Shown in pieces: positions 8,436-17,341 of a DNA stretch of 64,000 nucleotides. Each line of letters opens with the position of its first letter. Within the stretch, counting starts at the first letter, position 1. Source of the DNA: a virus (Duplodnaviria; Caudoviricetes); the IMG/VR virus record IMGVR_UViG_3300037067_018433; one strand, written 5' to 3'. Both the position numbers and the translations under genes were made by a program. The notes beneath the pieces are model-generated. The model was given only the letters and a program-made list of their open reading frames with translations. It did not search any database and was not told the DNA's origin.

Positions 8436-9324
8436 GTCCAGACCGCTCCGCGCGCCCGGTGGTCAGCCGCAAGCCGCCGTGGCGCCGCTGATTCCAGGAA
8501 CGCCCGAGGGGAAGGTGAGCGCCGGGGGTCCCCTGGGTCCTCGTGGCCTCAGCCCGCAGCTGCTCCAGCAGCTCGTGGCGGCGAGAGACCAGACCCAGGT
8601 GCCATCCGGTGGCGGCATCCAGATGGGTGCGCCTCCGCCCCCGACTCCGGAGATTCCCGAGCAGCCGTCGGCCCTGGACTTCGGGGACCCCGACGTGCCG
8701 CGGGCCGAGGAGCCGGCGGCCAAGAAGGTCGAGGAGAAGAAGCCCGAGTCCGGGGTCGATCCGAACGCGTTCATGAACAGCGTGGCGATGACCGGGATGG
8801 AGTTCCGCGCGAACCCCGTGTTGGCGCGCGACGACGAGTTCATCAGCGACATCTGGTGGATGTCGAGTCCTGAGCGCCGCAAGGAGATCGACGCGCGCTG
8901 CGAGCCGATCAACTGGTCGGGGTTCATGACGGGGATGGACATCACGCAGCGCGTCCACATGTGGCTCACGCCCTTCGACCTGTGGGTCACCTTCCGCAAG
9001 GTCAAGGCCGACGACGAGTTCCTCGCCCGCCGGATCATCACCGACTCCTACAGCCGCAACGACGCGGAGGGGGAGATCGGGCTGCTGGTCACGACGGCCG
9101 CTGCCTCGGTCGTGAGCATCAACGACCAGAAACTGCCGGCTATCCCCAGCCCCCTGGAGAAGGACATGGACACGCGGATGGCCGTCATGCTCGAGCGCGT
9201 CAAGTTCATCGGCACCCGCGACATGTCTCTCGTCCGTGACCTGGTGATCAACTACGCGTGGTTCGTGCGTCGTGCGCAGCTGGCCACGCGCGGGGTGGGC
9301 AAGGGGTCGTTGGGAAATGGGTAA
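8425..9324 (+). CDS. putative tail assembly chaperone (G-type, frameshifting)
   Basis: SD AGGAGG; Pro-rich N-terminus and globular C-terminus; slippery G GGA AAT ends one codon before the stop. Confidence 0.6.
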   Translation: MGRESRPLRAPGGQPQAAVAPLIPGTPEGKVSAGGPLGPRGLSPQLLQQLVAARDQTQVPSGGGIQMGAPPPPTPEIPEQPSALDFGDPDVPRAEEPAAKKVEEKKPESGVDPNAFMNSVAMTGMEFRANPVLARDDEFISDIWWMSSPERRKEIDARCEPINWSGFMTGMDITQRVHMWLTPFDLWVTFRKVKADDEFLARRIITDSYSRNDAEGEIGLLVTTAAASVVSINDQKLPAIPSPLEKDMDTRMAVMLERVKFIGTRDMSLVRDLVINYAWFVRRAQLATRGVGKGSLGNG

Positions 9325-9710
9325 CGTCCCGTCAGGGCTGGGCCGCGGCCACGGCGTTCGCCGAGCGCATCGGGTTTCCTCCCGGTTCGTCTTCGGATCT
9401 TACGACCGAGGCTGCCTGGCGGGTCATCGTGCTCGTATCGGCTCACAAGGATCTGGCGGAGAGCGCCAAGACGCGGTCCATCGTGCAGGCGATCCTGTCG
9501 GGGCCCGGGTCGAACGAGGGCTTCGAGGCAACCGGCCGTGCGTATCGGCGATACACCGAGTGCCTGACGCCATGGCTGGAGACCGAACGCCTGCGGTTCG
9601 AGGACGAGCTCCGGCGCCGGGCGCAGGAGTTCTCTCGCTACGTCATCGAGATCTCCACGACTGAGGACGCGTGGAAGGGGGAAGGACCATGGATGCAGAA
9701 ACGGCCGTGA
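9312..9710 (+). CDS. -1 frameshift extension (GT-type product)
   Basis: The -1 frame stays open for ~130 codons after the heptamer and has no SD-supported start. Confidence 0.6.
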   Translation, partial: GKWVTSRQGWAAATAFAERIGFPPGSSSDLTTEAAWRVIVLVSAHKDLAESAKTRSIVQAILSGPGSNEGFEATGRAYRRYTECLTPWLETERLRFEDELRRRAQEFSRYVIEISTTEDAWKGEGPWMQKRP

Positions 9711-10090
9711 ACACTGTACCGTTGACCGACGCCGAGAAGCAGATGGTCCGCGACTTCGCGGTTGCCGCCCAGCCCTACTACCAGCTGTTCAAGTGGGAGT
9801 GGTCGGTGCTCCATGGTGACGACCTGATCGAGGGCGTAGTTCCCACGGTCGACGACATCATCGAGACGGTCACACGTCTGATGGGGCGTCTGATCCCCAA
9901 TCACCCGTACAAGGACCCCCCGCTGTTCGCGGAGTCAGGGGGCCTCACGGTTCTCCTGTACGGTCTCCTCGGGGAGCGCCGGTGGGATGTCCGCTTCAGC
10001 CCTGTCTACGCGCGCATGGAGAACATCAAGGACCCCGCTCGCGTATCGAACCCCGGCCGCTACCCGTTTGCGGCGAAGGAGATCGCGTGA
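9689..10090 (+). CDS. hypothetical protein
   Basis: SD GAAGGA; coupled to next gene. Confidence 0.6.
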   Translation: MDAETAVNTVPLTDAEKQMVRDFAVAAQPYYQLFKWEWSVLHGDDLIEGVVPTVDDIIETVTRLMGRLIPNHPYKDPPLFAESGGLTVLLYGLLGERRWDVRFSPVYARMENIKDPARVSNPGRYPFAAKEIA

Positions 10091-10536
10091 AGAACGTCTG
10101 CCCACGATGCCGGTCCCAGGAGCTCGAGGAGAACCCAATCGCGCTGACCGCCAAGTGCCTGCTCTGCGGATGGCAGGGGCCGAGCGCCGACTGCCTGGCC
10201 GTGACGCGCGACGGGATGATCATCGAGAAGGTCATGGAGCGGATGGTCCACCGGCTGTCGAGCTACGTCGGCCGGGGGGTGGCGAAGGGCATCCTCGAGT
10301 TCGCGCAGGAGTACTCCATCCGCGTGCGCAAGGAGGACCTGCAGCGGATCACCGTCAAGATCGTGACGCTGGTGCTCAAGACGCTCCACGAGGAGCTGCT
10401 GGCGCTGGCCCCCAAGAACCTGAAGGACAAGGTGGAGGCCACCAACATCCTGTTGGCGGATCCCCCGGCGCCCGTCGAGCTGCCCATGCTCATGAAGGAG
10501 ATCCATGATGGAGTCATCGAGCCCGAAGGAGGGTGA
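10087..10536 (+). CDS. Zn-ribbon protein
   Basis: SD AAGGAG; CPRC...CLLC. Confidence 0.65.
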   Translation: MKNVCPRCRSQELEENPIALTAKCLLCGWQGPSADCLAVTRDGMIIEKVMERMVHRLSSYVGRGVAKGILEFAQEYSIRVRKEDLQRITVKIVTLVLKTLHEELLALAPKNLKDKVEATNILLADPPAPVELPMLMKEIHDGVIEPEGG

Positions 10537-10984
10537 GTCGTTGACGGTCACGATCCCCGTGCGCAACGTCCTGATGCCTGTCCTGCGCGAGCTGTGGGGC
10601 ATGCCGTACGGCGGGATGGTCGAGGGTTTCGTGACGCGCATGGTCGACGGCGGGGGTAGCCCACCAGATTTCGCCGGCGTGGTGCCCCCCGCACGCCTCG
10701 TGGGGCTGGGGGAGAACACGCTGGAGCGCGACGGGGACGTGTTGGTGGACGTGCAGGACGGCCACCTCATCAGCGCCCACCGCCTCTGCCGCTTCGTTGG
10801 GGTGTCGGACGAGACGATCAACGCGTGCGAAGCTGCCTTCGCGAACTACAACGCGCAGGATCGAACGGCTGCCGCGTTGGAGGGCATCTACGCCGAGTTG
10901 CGGATGATGAACAGCAGTCGGAGGGCGCAGGTCGAGGAGCAAGAGCGGTTGGCGCGGATGCCGAAAGGAGATCTGAGGCCATGA
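10505..10984 (+). CDS. hypothetical protein
   Basis: SD AAGGAG; ATGA overlap with next gene. Confidence 0.6.
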   Translation: MMESSSPKEGESLTVTIPVRNVLMPVLRELWGMPYGGMVEGFVTRMVDGGGSPPDFAGVVPPARLVGLGENTLERDGDVLVDVQDGHLISAHRLCRFVGVSDETINACEAAFANYNAQDRTAAALEGIYAELRMMNSSRRAQVEEQERLARMPKGDLRP

Positions 10985-11484
10985 GCGAACACGAGGACGC
11001 CCTTCAGGCGCAGGTGCGCATTCTGGTTCAGGAGACCCTCAATCTCCGCGCTCGGATGAGCCAGCGCTGGCTCAGCTTCCTCTTCGATCTGTTGCGCGAC
11101 GACATTCCGTTGGGTCGACTCCTGCGGCTCGTCAACGAGACGGAGAAGGCCCACGAGACCAACACCATCAAGTTCGTGGGCGCCAACGCCGGGGTCATCG
11201 CGTCCGCCGTGTCGCCGCTCGTGGGGCGGCTAATGGCTGCTCCGGCGCTGCAGCAAGCGCCAACCGACGGCATCCCGCTGGAGCGTCGCGTGTACCATCG
11301 GATGTACCCCGAGGGTAAGCAGGAGGAGGTGCGCGCGGTGCGCATTCGACTCGTTGGGCTCGACAGCGACGCCTACCTGGTGTGGGGGGACTCCGCGTGG
11401 AACAACCCTAGCTGCATGCCTGCCGCGTCGTTCGACGCGCTGTTTGCCCCTGGTCCCACGCCGGCAACGGAGGACGCCCCATGA
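10981..11484 (+). CDS. hypothetical protein
   Basis: ATGA coupling at both ends. Confidence 0.6.
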   Translation: MSEHEDALQAQVRILVQETLNLRARMSQRWLSFLFDLLRDDIPLGRLLRLVNETEKAHETNTIKFVGANAGVIASAVSPLVGRLMAAPALQQAPTDGIPLERRVYHRMYPEGKQEEVRAVRIRLVGLDSDAYLVWGDSAWNNPSCMPAASFDALFAPGPTPATEDAP

Positions 11485-11804
11485 AGGTCGCCGTCGACTT
11501 CAGTCATCTGGTGCAGCTGGTAGATCTCCGAACGATGGAGAAGTCCTACTACCTCGTGCCCGAGGGTCAACCGATCCCGATGTTGGTGCAGCACGCCACC
11601 ATCGACACGCTCAAGCAACTGCTCAATCCGCAGCTGGTAGACGAGCTGGTCCAGCCTGCGGCAACCGCGGTCCCGGAGGACGTGGTGACGCACGTGCAGA
11701 GTCCTCCGGCGGCACCCGAGCCTGTTCCCCAGGCGGCGTCGGTGCTGGCCCCTGGTGTCCTGGGTTCCGGGCGCACGGATGCGTTCGGTGCAGGGGAAGG
11801 GTAG
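11481..11804 (+). CDS. hypothetical protein
   Basis: SD GGAGG; Pro/Ala-rich tail. Confidence 0.6.
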   Translation: MKVAVDFSHLVQLVDLRTMEKSYYLVPEGQPIPMLVQHATIDTLKQLLNPQLVDELVQPAATAVPEDVVTHVQSPPAAPEPVPQAASVLAPGVLGSGRTDAFGAGEG

Positions 11805-11811
11805 GAGATCC

Positions 11812-12420
11812 ATGGATACTGTGATTGGTGGAACGGATCCCGTGTTGGCGCTGCAGACCGGCATGCGGGCCCTCGAGCGGCAGAGCGGGCCGCTGGACTG
11901 GAGCCAGTACCAGGTCACGACCCTGGCGGAGGTCGAGACCTTCATCTTCCTGGCGAAGGGCGCCGACGGCAAGGAGGTCAGCGGTCTCCTCATCCGGCCG
12001 CTCATGAACCCCGACATGCTGCTGACGCTCACCGACCTCGTGCCGGTTGGTCGCGAGATCACCGAGCGCATCAACGCGCGTCTCCCTGCGCCCCGCGCCC
12101 CGCAGAAGGCGCCCCCCAAGCAGGCGGCGCCCGTGTTCCAGAAGCAACACGTGCTGCCCCCGACCCCGGGCCAGGGGAGCATCCCCGGCGAGCTGGCGGC
12201 TCAGGGGGAGGCGCTGGTGCAGGATGCCGAGCGTCGACTCGCGGAGAAGATGCTGCGCGAGCAGGGGTCCGTTCCCGGAAGCACGGTCATCGCGCCGCCG
12301 GTGGTCTATCCCCCGGGCAGCGCGGTCGGTCGTTCCGCAGCTCCGACGATCCAGATCGTTCCCGCAGGCACCCAGAGCCTGCCGCCGGATCTGGATGACG
12401 TCAACATTCCCCAGGATTGA
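11812..12420 (+). CDS. hypothetical protein, Pro-rich C-terminus
   Basis: SD AGGAG. Confidence 0.65.
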   Translation: MDTVIGGTDPVLALQTGMRALERQSGPLDWSQYQVTTLAEVETFIFLAKGADGKEVSGLLIRPLMNPDMLLTLTDLVPVGREITERINARLPAPRAPQKAPPKQAAPVFQKQHVLPPTPGQGSIPGELAAQGEALVQDAERRLAEKMLREQGSVPGSTVIAPPVVYPPGSAVGRSAAPTIQIVPAGTQSLPPDLDDVNIPQD

Positions 12421-12431
12421 AGGAGGACAAC

Positions 12432-12641
12432 GTGAAACTCGACATCGATGCGGTTCTGAAGGTCGCGCTCAAGAAGCCGCTCTCGGCGAAGGAGATCGCC
12501 GAGAAGCTGGGGCTCAAGGGGGCATCGTCCGCGGCTCGCGTCCGCACCCTGCTCCTCAAGCTGTCGAAGAAGGGCAAGCTGGTGAAGACGCTGCGCGAGG
12601 GGCGCCGTGGTCGACCGGCCACCGTGTACAGCAAGGCGTAG
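12432..12641 (+). CDS. small basic winged-helix/HTH DNA-binding protein
   Basis: SD AAGGAGG; PLSAKEIAEKLGL...RVRTLLLKLSKKGKLVK...GRPATVY. Confidence 0.75.
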   Translation: MKLDIDAVLKVALKKPLSAKEIAEKLGLKGASSAARVRTLLLKLSKKGKLVKTLREGRRGRPATVYSKA

Positions 12642-12643
12642 CC

Positions 12644-13048
12644 ATGGAAGTGGAGATCACCGGAGTGTTCGAGCCGCGGAGCTTCGACCCCATCAACCTC
12701 CGGCCGCTGGGTCCGTGGATGCTCGTCGAGCAGGACGAGCTGCCGTCGGTCACCGCCGGCGGCATCGTGCTGCCCGACACCAGCACGCTGAAGGGCGTAC
12801 GCAACTGTGTGGGCACCGTCCACCGGGTGGGCAGCGGCTGGGGCAAGGGGACGGAGAAGGGTAAGCCTGTGCGCTACGAGATGCCTCCGGTGGGTGCCCG
12901 CGTCATCTACCCGGCCGTCGCCAGTTTGCCCAACACCCAGAAGGCCATCCAGTGGAAGGGCAAGGCGCGCTGGTTCCTGTTGCATGCGATCGATGCGAAC
13001 GCGGTGATCGAGTGCGAACCTGGCGAGAAGGAACCGAAGATCGAGTAG
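12644..13048 (+). CDS. groES: co-chaperonin GroES (Cpn10) family
   Basis: LRPLGPWMLVE, mobile loop TAGGIVLPDT, GTVHRVGSG, VGARVIY. Confidence 0.85.
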   Translation: MEVEITGVFEPRSFDPINLRPLGPWMLVEQDELPSVTAGGIVLPDTSTLKGVRNCVGTVHRVGSGWGKGTEKGKPVRYEMPPVGARVIYPAVASLPNTQKAIQWKGKARWFLLHAIDANAVIECEPGEKEPKIE

Positions 13049-13057
13049 GAGGACGTC

Positions 13058-13285
13058 GTGGCCGAGGGTGACCCGAAGAAGGACGCACACGGGATGTCGA
13101 TCAGAGAGCTGATCGAGATGCTCTGGGACTTCGACCTCGACACCGAGGTGTTCGTGCGCGCCGGGAACTGGGGTGCGGGACGCTGGGGAGCGCACAGCGT
13201 GTCGTCCACTGCCGAAGATGGGAAGACCGTTCGTATGGTCATCGAGGGACACCCCGATGAGCAGCTGGACCGCGATGTACCGTAG
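13058..13285 (+). CDS. hypothetical protein
   Basis: TAGGAGGA SD plus GTG; MSIRELIEML.DFD.D.EV pattern. Confidence 0.65.
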   Translation: MAEGDPKKDAHGMSIRELIEMLWDFDLDTEVFVRAGNWGAGRWGAHSVSSTAEDGKTVRMVIEGHPDEQLDRDVP

Positions 13286-13294
13286 GAGGATGTC

Positions 13295-13507
13295 GTGCCT
13301 GAGGCGCTGACGGTGGACGCGGTGAAGCAGCTGGTGGAGGATATCCGCACCTTGGCTTCGGAAGACGATCCGAAGGCCCACGAACTCGAGGACGCCTTGT
13401 ACAAAGCTGTTCTCGAGTCCATAGCCTATGGTGTGGTGGACGCCCCCGCTCTGGCACGGGAAGCGCTGAAGGCGAAGAGCGTCGAGTTCATGCGGTGGAC
13501 CGAGTAG
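13295..13507 (+). CDS. conserved hypothetical phage protein
   Basis: TAGGAGGA SD; D..AH..ED.LY..VL..IA.G...F.RW pattern. Confidence 0.7.
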   Translation: MPEALTVDAVKQLVEDIRTLASEDDPKAHELEDALYKAVLESIAYGVVDAPALAREALKAKSVEFMRWTE

Positions 13508-13516
13508 GAGGACCTG

Positions 13517-13822
13517 ATGCACCTGGTTGGTTGGAACCCTGATCACGAAGGCGAGCCTGTTCTCAGGTTCGCGTGGCTCCCCTACTGGCTGGGGGCCAAC
13601 GCCAAGCTGCGGTTGAAGATCCAGGTGGCGCTCTCCCAGGTCATCCCGCCGGGGACCACGGTGAAGGACGTCACGTCGTCCCTCTGGGACATGATGGACG
13701 ACGCGATCATCAACACCATCTGCACCGAGTACCCCAAGATCTACGGACTGGAGGAGTTCCTCCGCGGGCTGCTGAAGGTGTCGTACGGCGGTCGTGACCC
13801 GTCGGCGGCCAAGGGGGTGTGA
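13517..13822 (+). CDS. hypothetical protein
   Basis: TAGGAGGA SD plus ATG. Confidence 0.7.
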   Translation: MHLVGWNPDHEGEPVLRFAWLPYWLGANAKLRLKIQVALSQVIPPGTTVKDVTSSLWDMMDDAIINTICTEYPKIYGLEEFLRGLLKVSYGGRDPSAAKGV

Positions 13823-13823
13823 G

Positions 13824-14075
13824 ATGGCTACGCCGCGTGCTCTGTATTGTGCGCACCTCGATGGTTGGATCGACGGGTCCAGCAACAGGATGACCAACTT
13901 CGACGCGCACACCCTGAACGCGGATGGGGCCATAGGAATTGCCTACCTGGAGGGGTTCAACACCGGGAAGGAGTACCGCCACGCCCTGTGCAACACGATC
14001 ACCAAGAAGTACGGATGGCCGCCACCAGCGAAGGTGCGACCGAGTGCTCCGTCGTGCACCTCAGGGGAGGAGTGA
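13824..14075 (+). CDS. hypothetical protein
   Basis: Fills the gap between coupled genes. Confidence 0.5.
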   Translation: MATPRALYCAHLDGWIDGSSNRMTNFDAHTLNADGAIGIAYLEGFNTGKEYRHALCNTITKKYGWPPPAKVRPSAPSCTSGEE

Positions 14076-14076
14076 G

Positions 14077-15207
14077 ATGCGCGTACAGCCCTGGTACAAG
14101 TACCCGCTGCAGCGGTACGCGCATGGATCCGCCGATCTTTTCGGAGCGAAGATATCGGCGTGGGCGATGGAGAAGGGCTACACCTACTGTGTTGGTGCGC
14201 GGACCCCACCCACCCTTCGCCCGCTCAACGACGTTATTGAAGCGCTAGGACGCATGGAGGGCCGCATCTTGTTCAGCGGCGGTACCTGCGCGACTGCGGT
14301 TTTCGGCCCCGGGTGGGTGGCGTACGTGGATGGGATGCTGGCTTCGGAAGACCCCGTCGTCTACGGCATCGAGGTGTGGGCCAAGAAGCGCGAAGTGGCG
14401 AGGACGGTGGCGAAGAGGTTCGTGGAATCCGCGCCTCCGGCGCCCGTCAAGCACGACGAGGTGCACATGACGTTCGTCGCCGAAGCCAACGGCGGCGTGT
14501 CCCGTCATCATCGGTTGGTGACCGCCCAGGCGTGGTCAGATATCCGATCCAACTACGCGCACAAGACGGTCCAGGAGCTCGACCGGTTGGTCGCGTATCG
14601 TGGGGATCACGGTGCGGGCAAAGCGGTCATCGTGCGTGGTGCTCCGGGAACAGGCAAGACCCACTTCCTGCTGAGCCTGGCGCGTGAGTGGGCCGAGTGG
14701 GCGAACGTGACCTATGTCTCGGATCCCGAGAAGTTCTTCGGCAGCGCCTCCTACCTGCACTCCTGTCTGATGAAGGAAGGGGATGGGAGCCCGGACGACG
14801 AGAAGTTCGACGCAGGGTACGTGGCCAAGGCGAAGAAACGCGAGTCGATCCTCCGCGTCTTCCTCATGGAGGACGTGGACGAGTTCATCTCCGCCGACTC
14901 CAAGCTGATGGTCGGTCAAGGTCTCGGCCGGCTGCTCAACCTGGTCGATGGGATCCTGGGTGTCGGCCTGCGCATCCTGCTGGTGCTGTCGACCAACGAG
15001 GACATCAGCAAGCTGCACAAGGCGCTTGTTCGACCTGGTCGGTGCATGACGAACGTCGAGTTCCTGCCGCTGCCGGCGGTGGACGCGGATGCCTGGCGCG
15101 CGTCCCACGACCTACCGCCGATCGGCAAGACCTGTACGCTGGCCGAGCTGTACGCGGCGTTGCGCGCCAAGAGTGAGCTGTCGCTGGTGAAGGAGGTGGC
15201 ATCGTGA
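14077..15207 (+). CDS. AAA+ ATPase (DUF5925-like)
   Basis: Walker A GAPGTGKT, Walker B FLMEDVD, LLNLVDG, sensor-1 STN, Arg-finger region ALVRPGR. Confidence 0.85.
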   Translation: MRVQPWYKYPLQRYAHGSADLFGAKISAWAMEKGYTYCVGARTPPTLRPLNDVIEALGRMEGRILFSGGTCATAVFGPGWVAYVDGMLASEDPVVYGIEVWAKKREVARTVAKRFVESAPPAPVKHDEVHMTFVAEANGGVSRHHRLVTAQAWSDIRSNYAHKTVQELDRLVAYRGDHGAGKAVIVRGAPGTGKTHFLLSLAREWAEWANVTYVSDPEKFFGSASYLHSCLMKEGDGSPDDEKFDAGYVAKAKKRESILRVFLMEDVDEFISADSKLMVGQGLGRLLNLVDGILGVGLRILLVLSTNEDISKLHKALVRPGRCMTNVEFLPLPAVDADAWRASHDLPPIGKTCTLAELYAALRAKSELSLVKEVAS

Positions 15208-15584
15208 GCGAGGAGACGGCCGTGGATCAAGAGGATTTCGCACACAAGCCGTTCAAGGGCGCCGAGGACGGGGTCAACCTGTTCTGGCTCGACGGGGTGA
15301 ACCGCTACGTGTACTTCGAGGCCGGCGGTCCGCGGCTCGCCGTCTACTTCCTTGTCAACGTGGGGCGCAAAGGCGTCTCGAACAGCATCCTTCCTGAGCC
15401 AACGGCGGTGTTCTTGAGCCGGTCGCTCCTGAAGCCGAACGACTGGGGGTTGGGTGTCGACGACCGCCGCTTCTACCCAATGGTCTGCCAGAAGCTCGTC
15501 GTGTACGAGCTGCCGGTAGGCAAGAAGGACGTGCTCCACGAGATCGCGAACGACCCGCACTTCTTCGACCCGGAGGACGTGTGA
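15204..15584 (+). CDS. hypothetical protein
   Basis: SD AAGGAGGT; GTGA overlap. Confidence 0.65.
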   Translation: MSEETAVDQEDFAHKPFKGAEDGVNLFWLDGVNRYVYFEAGGPRLAVYFLVNVGRKGVSNSILPEPTAVFLSRSLLKPNDWGLGVDDRRFYPMVCQKLVVYELPVGKKDVLHEIANDPHFFDPEDV

Positions 15585-16114
15585 GTCGAGTCGAGACCAG
15601 CTGGCGCTTCATCAGCACCGAGCAGCTCAAGCAGCTGGTCGGCATCCTGAGCACTACCACCGGCGTCTACGAGATCCGGATCACGGCGGACAAGGAAGGC
15701 CCGCAGATCCGCTTCCGGCACGACGAGGGGCTGGACGTCAAGGCGCTCGAGTTCAAGGACGAACCTACGATCTGGCGAAACCGGGTCATGGAGCTCCAGC
15801 TGCGCACGTACACCACTAGGTCCCTGCGCGAAGGGGTGGTCTTCGGCTGGGAGGTGTTTCGTGAGCGGCAGCGTTGGGCCACGCACGTCTGCGTGTGGGA
15901 CCGGGACGCGTTCTACAAGGAGCTGTTCGGGAACGCTGCGTGGATCGATGCTCCGGCGTACTTCGACGAGGTATACGGGTTGACCGTGGTGCCGCTGGGC
16001 GGGTCCTCGGGGGAAGCCGTGCTGCCCCAGGGGCGCGTGGTGATGTGCGGGGGTCGGCGGTTCCAGGGTGTCGTGGATGACGCGGACTTCGGGCTGGTCT
16101 TGGAGAGGAAATAA
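15581..16114 (+). CDS. hypothetical protein
   Basis: SD GGAGG; TAATG overlap with next gene. Confidence 0.6.
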   Translation: MSRVETSWRFISTEQLKQLVGILSTTTGVYEIRITADKEGPQIRFRHDEGLDVKALEFKDEPTIWRNRVMELQLRTYTTRSLREGVVFGWEVFRERQRWATHVCVWDRDAFYKELFGNAAWIDAPAYFDEVYGLTVVPLGGSSGEAVLPQGRVVMCGGRRFQGVVDDADFGLVLERK

Positions 16115-16596
16115 TGAACGTCCAACCACTCATCGAGATCATGCAGGCGACCGGCCTGTTCGAGTTGAAGCTGCCGCCGCAGGAGAACGGCGCCCAGGTC
16201 ACGTTGATCGGGCGCGTGAAGAGCGACAAGGACATCACCTACCGCTGGGGGTCCTTGATGCGCAACGTGCTCATCGCCTGTGGGCACAACCCCGGGATCA
16301 TCGACTTCAGCCGCTACTACCACCTCGTCCGCTACCCGATCAAGACGGCGATGGGCATGAAGGCAGACGTCCAGCTCAAGTGGAACTGGCGGATCGTGGC
16401 CACGGAGCCCGCCATCCCGATCTTGATGGCCGAGTGCCGGAGCGTGGCCGTCACCCAGCGTGCCAGAATCCAGGCGGAGAACGCCATGGCCTCCCTGGCA
16501 GCGGGCGGCGAGTACCGCGTGCCCGCGGCGCTGCCCAGTAGCCCGGACGCCACCATCACGGCGTTGACCGCCGGCGGCATGAGGAGCAGGGACTGA
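16114..16596 (+). CDS. hypothetical protein
   Basis: Coupled at both ends. Confidence 0.65.
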   Translation: MNVQPLIEIMQATGLFELKLPPQENGAQVTLIGRVKSDKDITYRWGSLMRNVLIACGHNPGIIDFSRYYHLVRYPIKTAMGMKADVQLKWNWRIVATEPAIPILMAECRSVAVTQRARIQAENAMASLAAGGEYRVPAALPSSPDATITALTAGGMRSRD

Positions 16597-16814
16597 TGGC
16601 CGGCGGCAACCTGACAGGCATCCCGTTGCCGGAGGGTGAGGAGATCCCTGACGGCTACGATGTGGTTGGGTTCATTGGTAGTGAGTGGACGGAGAAGTTC
16701 TTCGCGCAGTGCATCGCTTGTCGCCACTTCCTTCCGCAGGACATCACGGATTCCAACAACTGCGTTCCACCCATCGATCTCAGTGCTTGTCCGAAACGAG
16801 AGGAGCACACGTGA
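16596..16814 (+). CDS. small Cys-containing protein
   Basis: CIACRHF...C...CP. Confidence 0.55.
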   Translation: MAGGNLTGIPLPEGEEIPDGYDVVGFIGSEWTEKFFAQCIACRHFLPQDITDSNNCVPPIDLSACPKREEHT

Positions 16815-17341
16815 TCACCCGCAGGACCGTCGACGGCATGGGCTGGGCCACGTACTCCGATGACCTGGTGTACCGCTACACCCTGGGTCGGTGTTGGGAC
16901 AACGTGAAGGCGTCTTTTGGGCGCATCCTATGGATCATGCTGAACCCCTCGACCGCCACTGAGGAGGACTTCGATCCTACCGTTCGCCGGTGCTATGGGT
17001 ACAGCCGTGCGTGGCGCTTCGCGTCGATGGAGGTCGTCAACCTGTTCGCGCTGCGCTCGACAGATCCTCGCAAGCTGCTGACGGCGGAAGACCCCATCGG
17101 CCCGTACAACGACCGGGCCATTGCGCGAGCGATCGCCAAGGCCAAGTTCGTTGTCGCTGCCTGGGGCTGCCATGCGCTTGTCGTACGGCGTCAGCGCGAC
17201 CTGTTCGTGTTGAAGGCGATGATGAAGGCCGATAAGGAGCTACACGCCCTCAAGACCACGAAGTCGGGGGCGCCCTCGCACCCCCTGTACTTGTCGAGTA
17301 CGCTACGGCCCGTGGCGTACCCAGGGAGGCCTCATGTCTGA
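16811..17341 (+). CDS. DUF1643 family protein
   Basis: YRYTLGRCW, IMLNPSTA...DPTVRRC, VNLFALRSTDP, AAWG, PSHPLY. Confidence 0.85.
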   Translation: MITRRTVDGMGWATYSDDLVYRYTLGRCWDNVKASFGRILWIMLNPSTATEEDFDPTVRRCYGYSRAWRFASMEVVNLFALRSTDPRKLLTAEDPIGPYNDRAIARAIAKAKFVVAAWGCHALVVRRQRDLFVLKAMMKADKELHALKTTKSGAPSHPLYLSSTLRPVAYPGRPHV

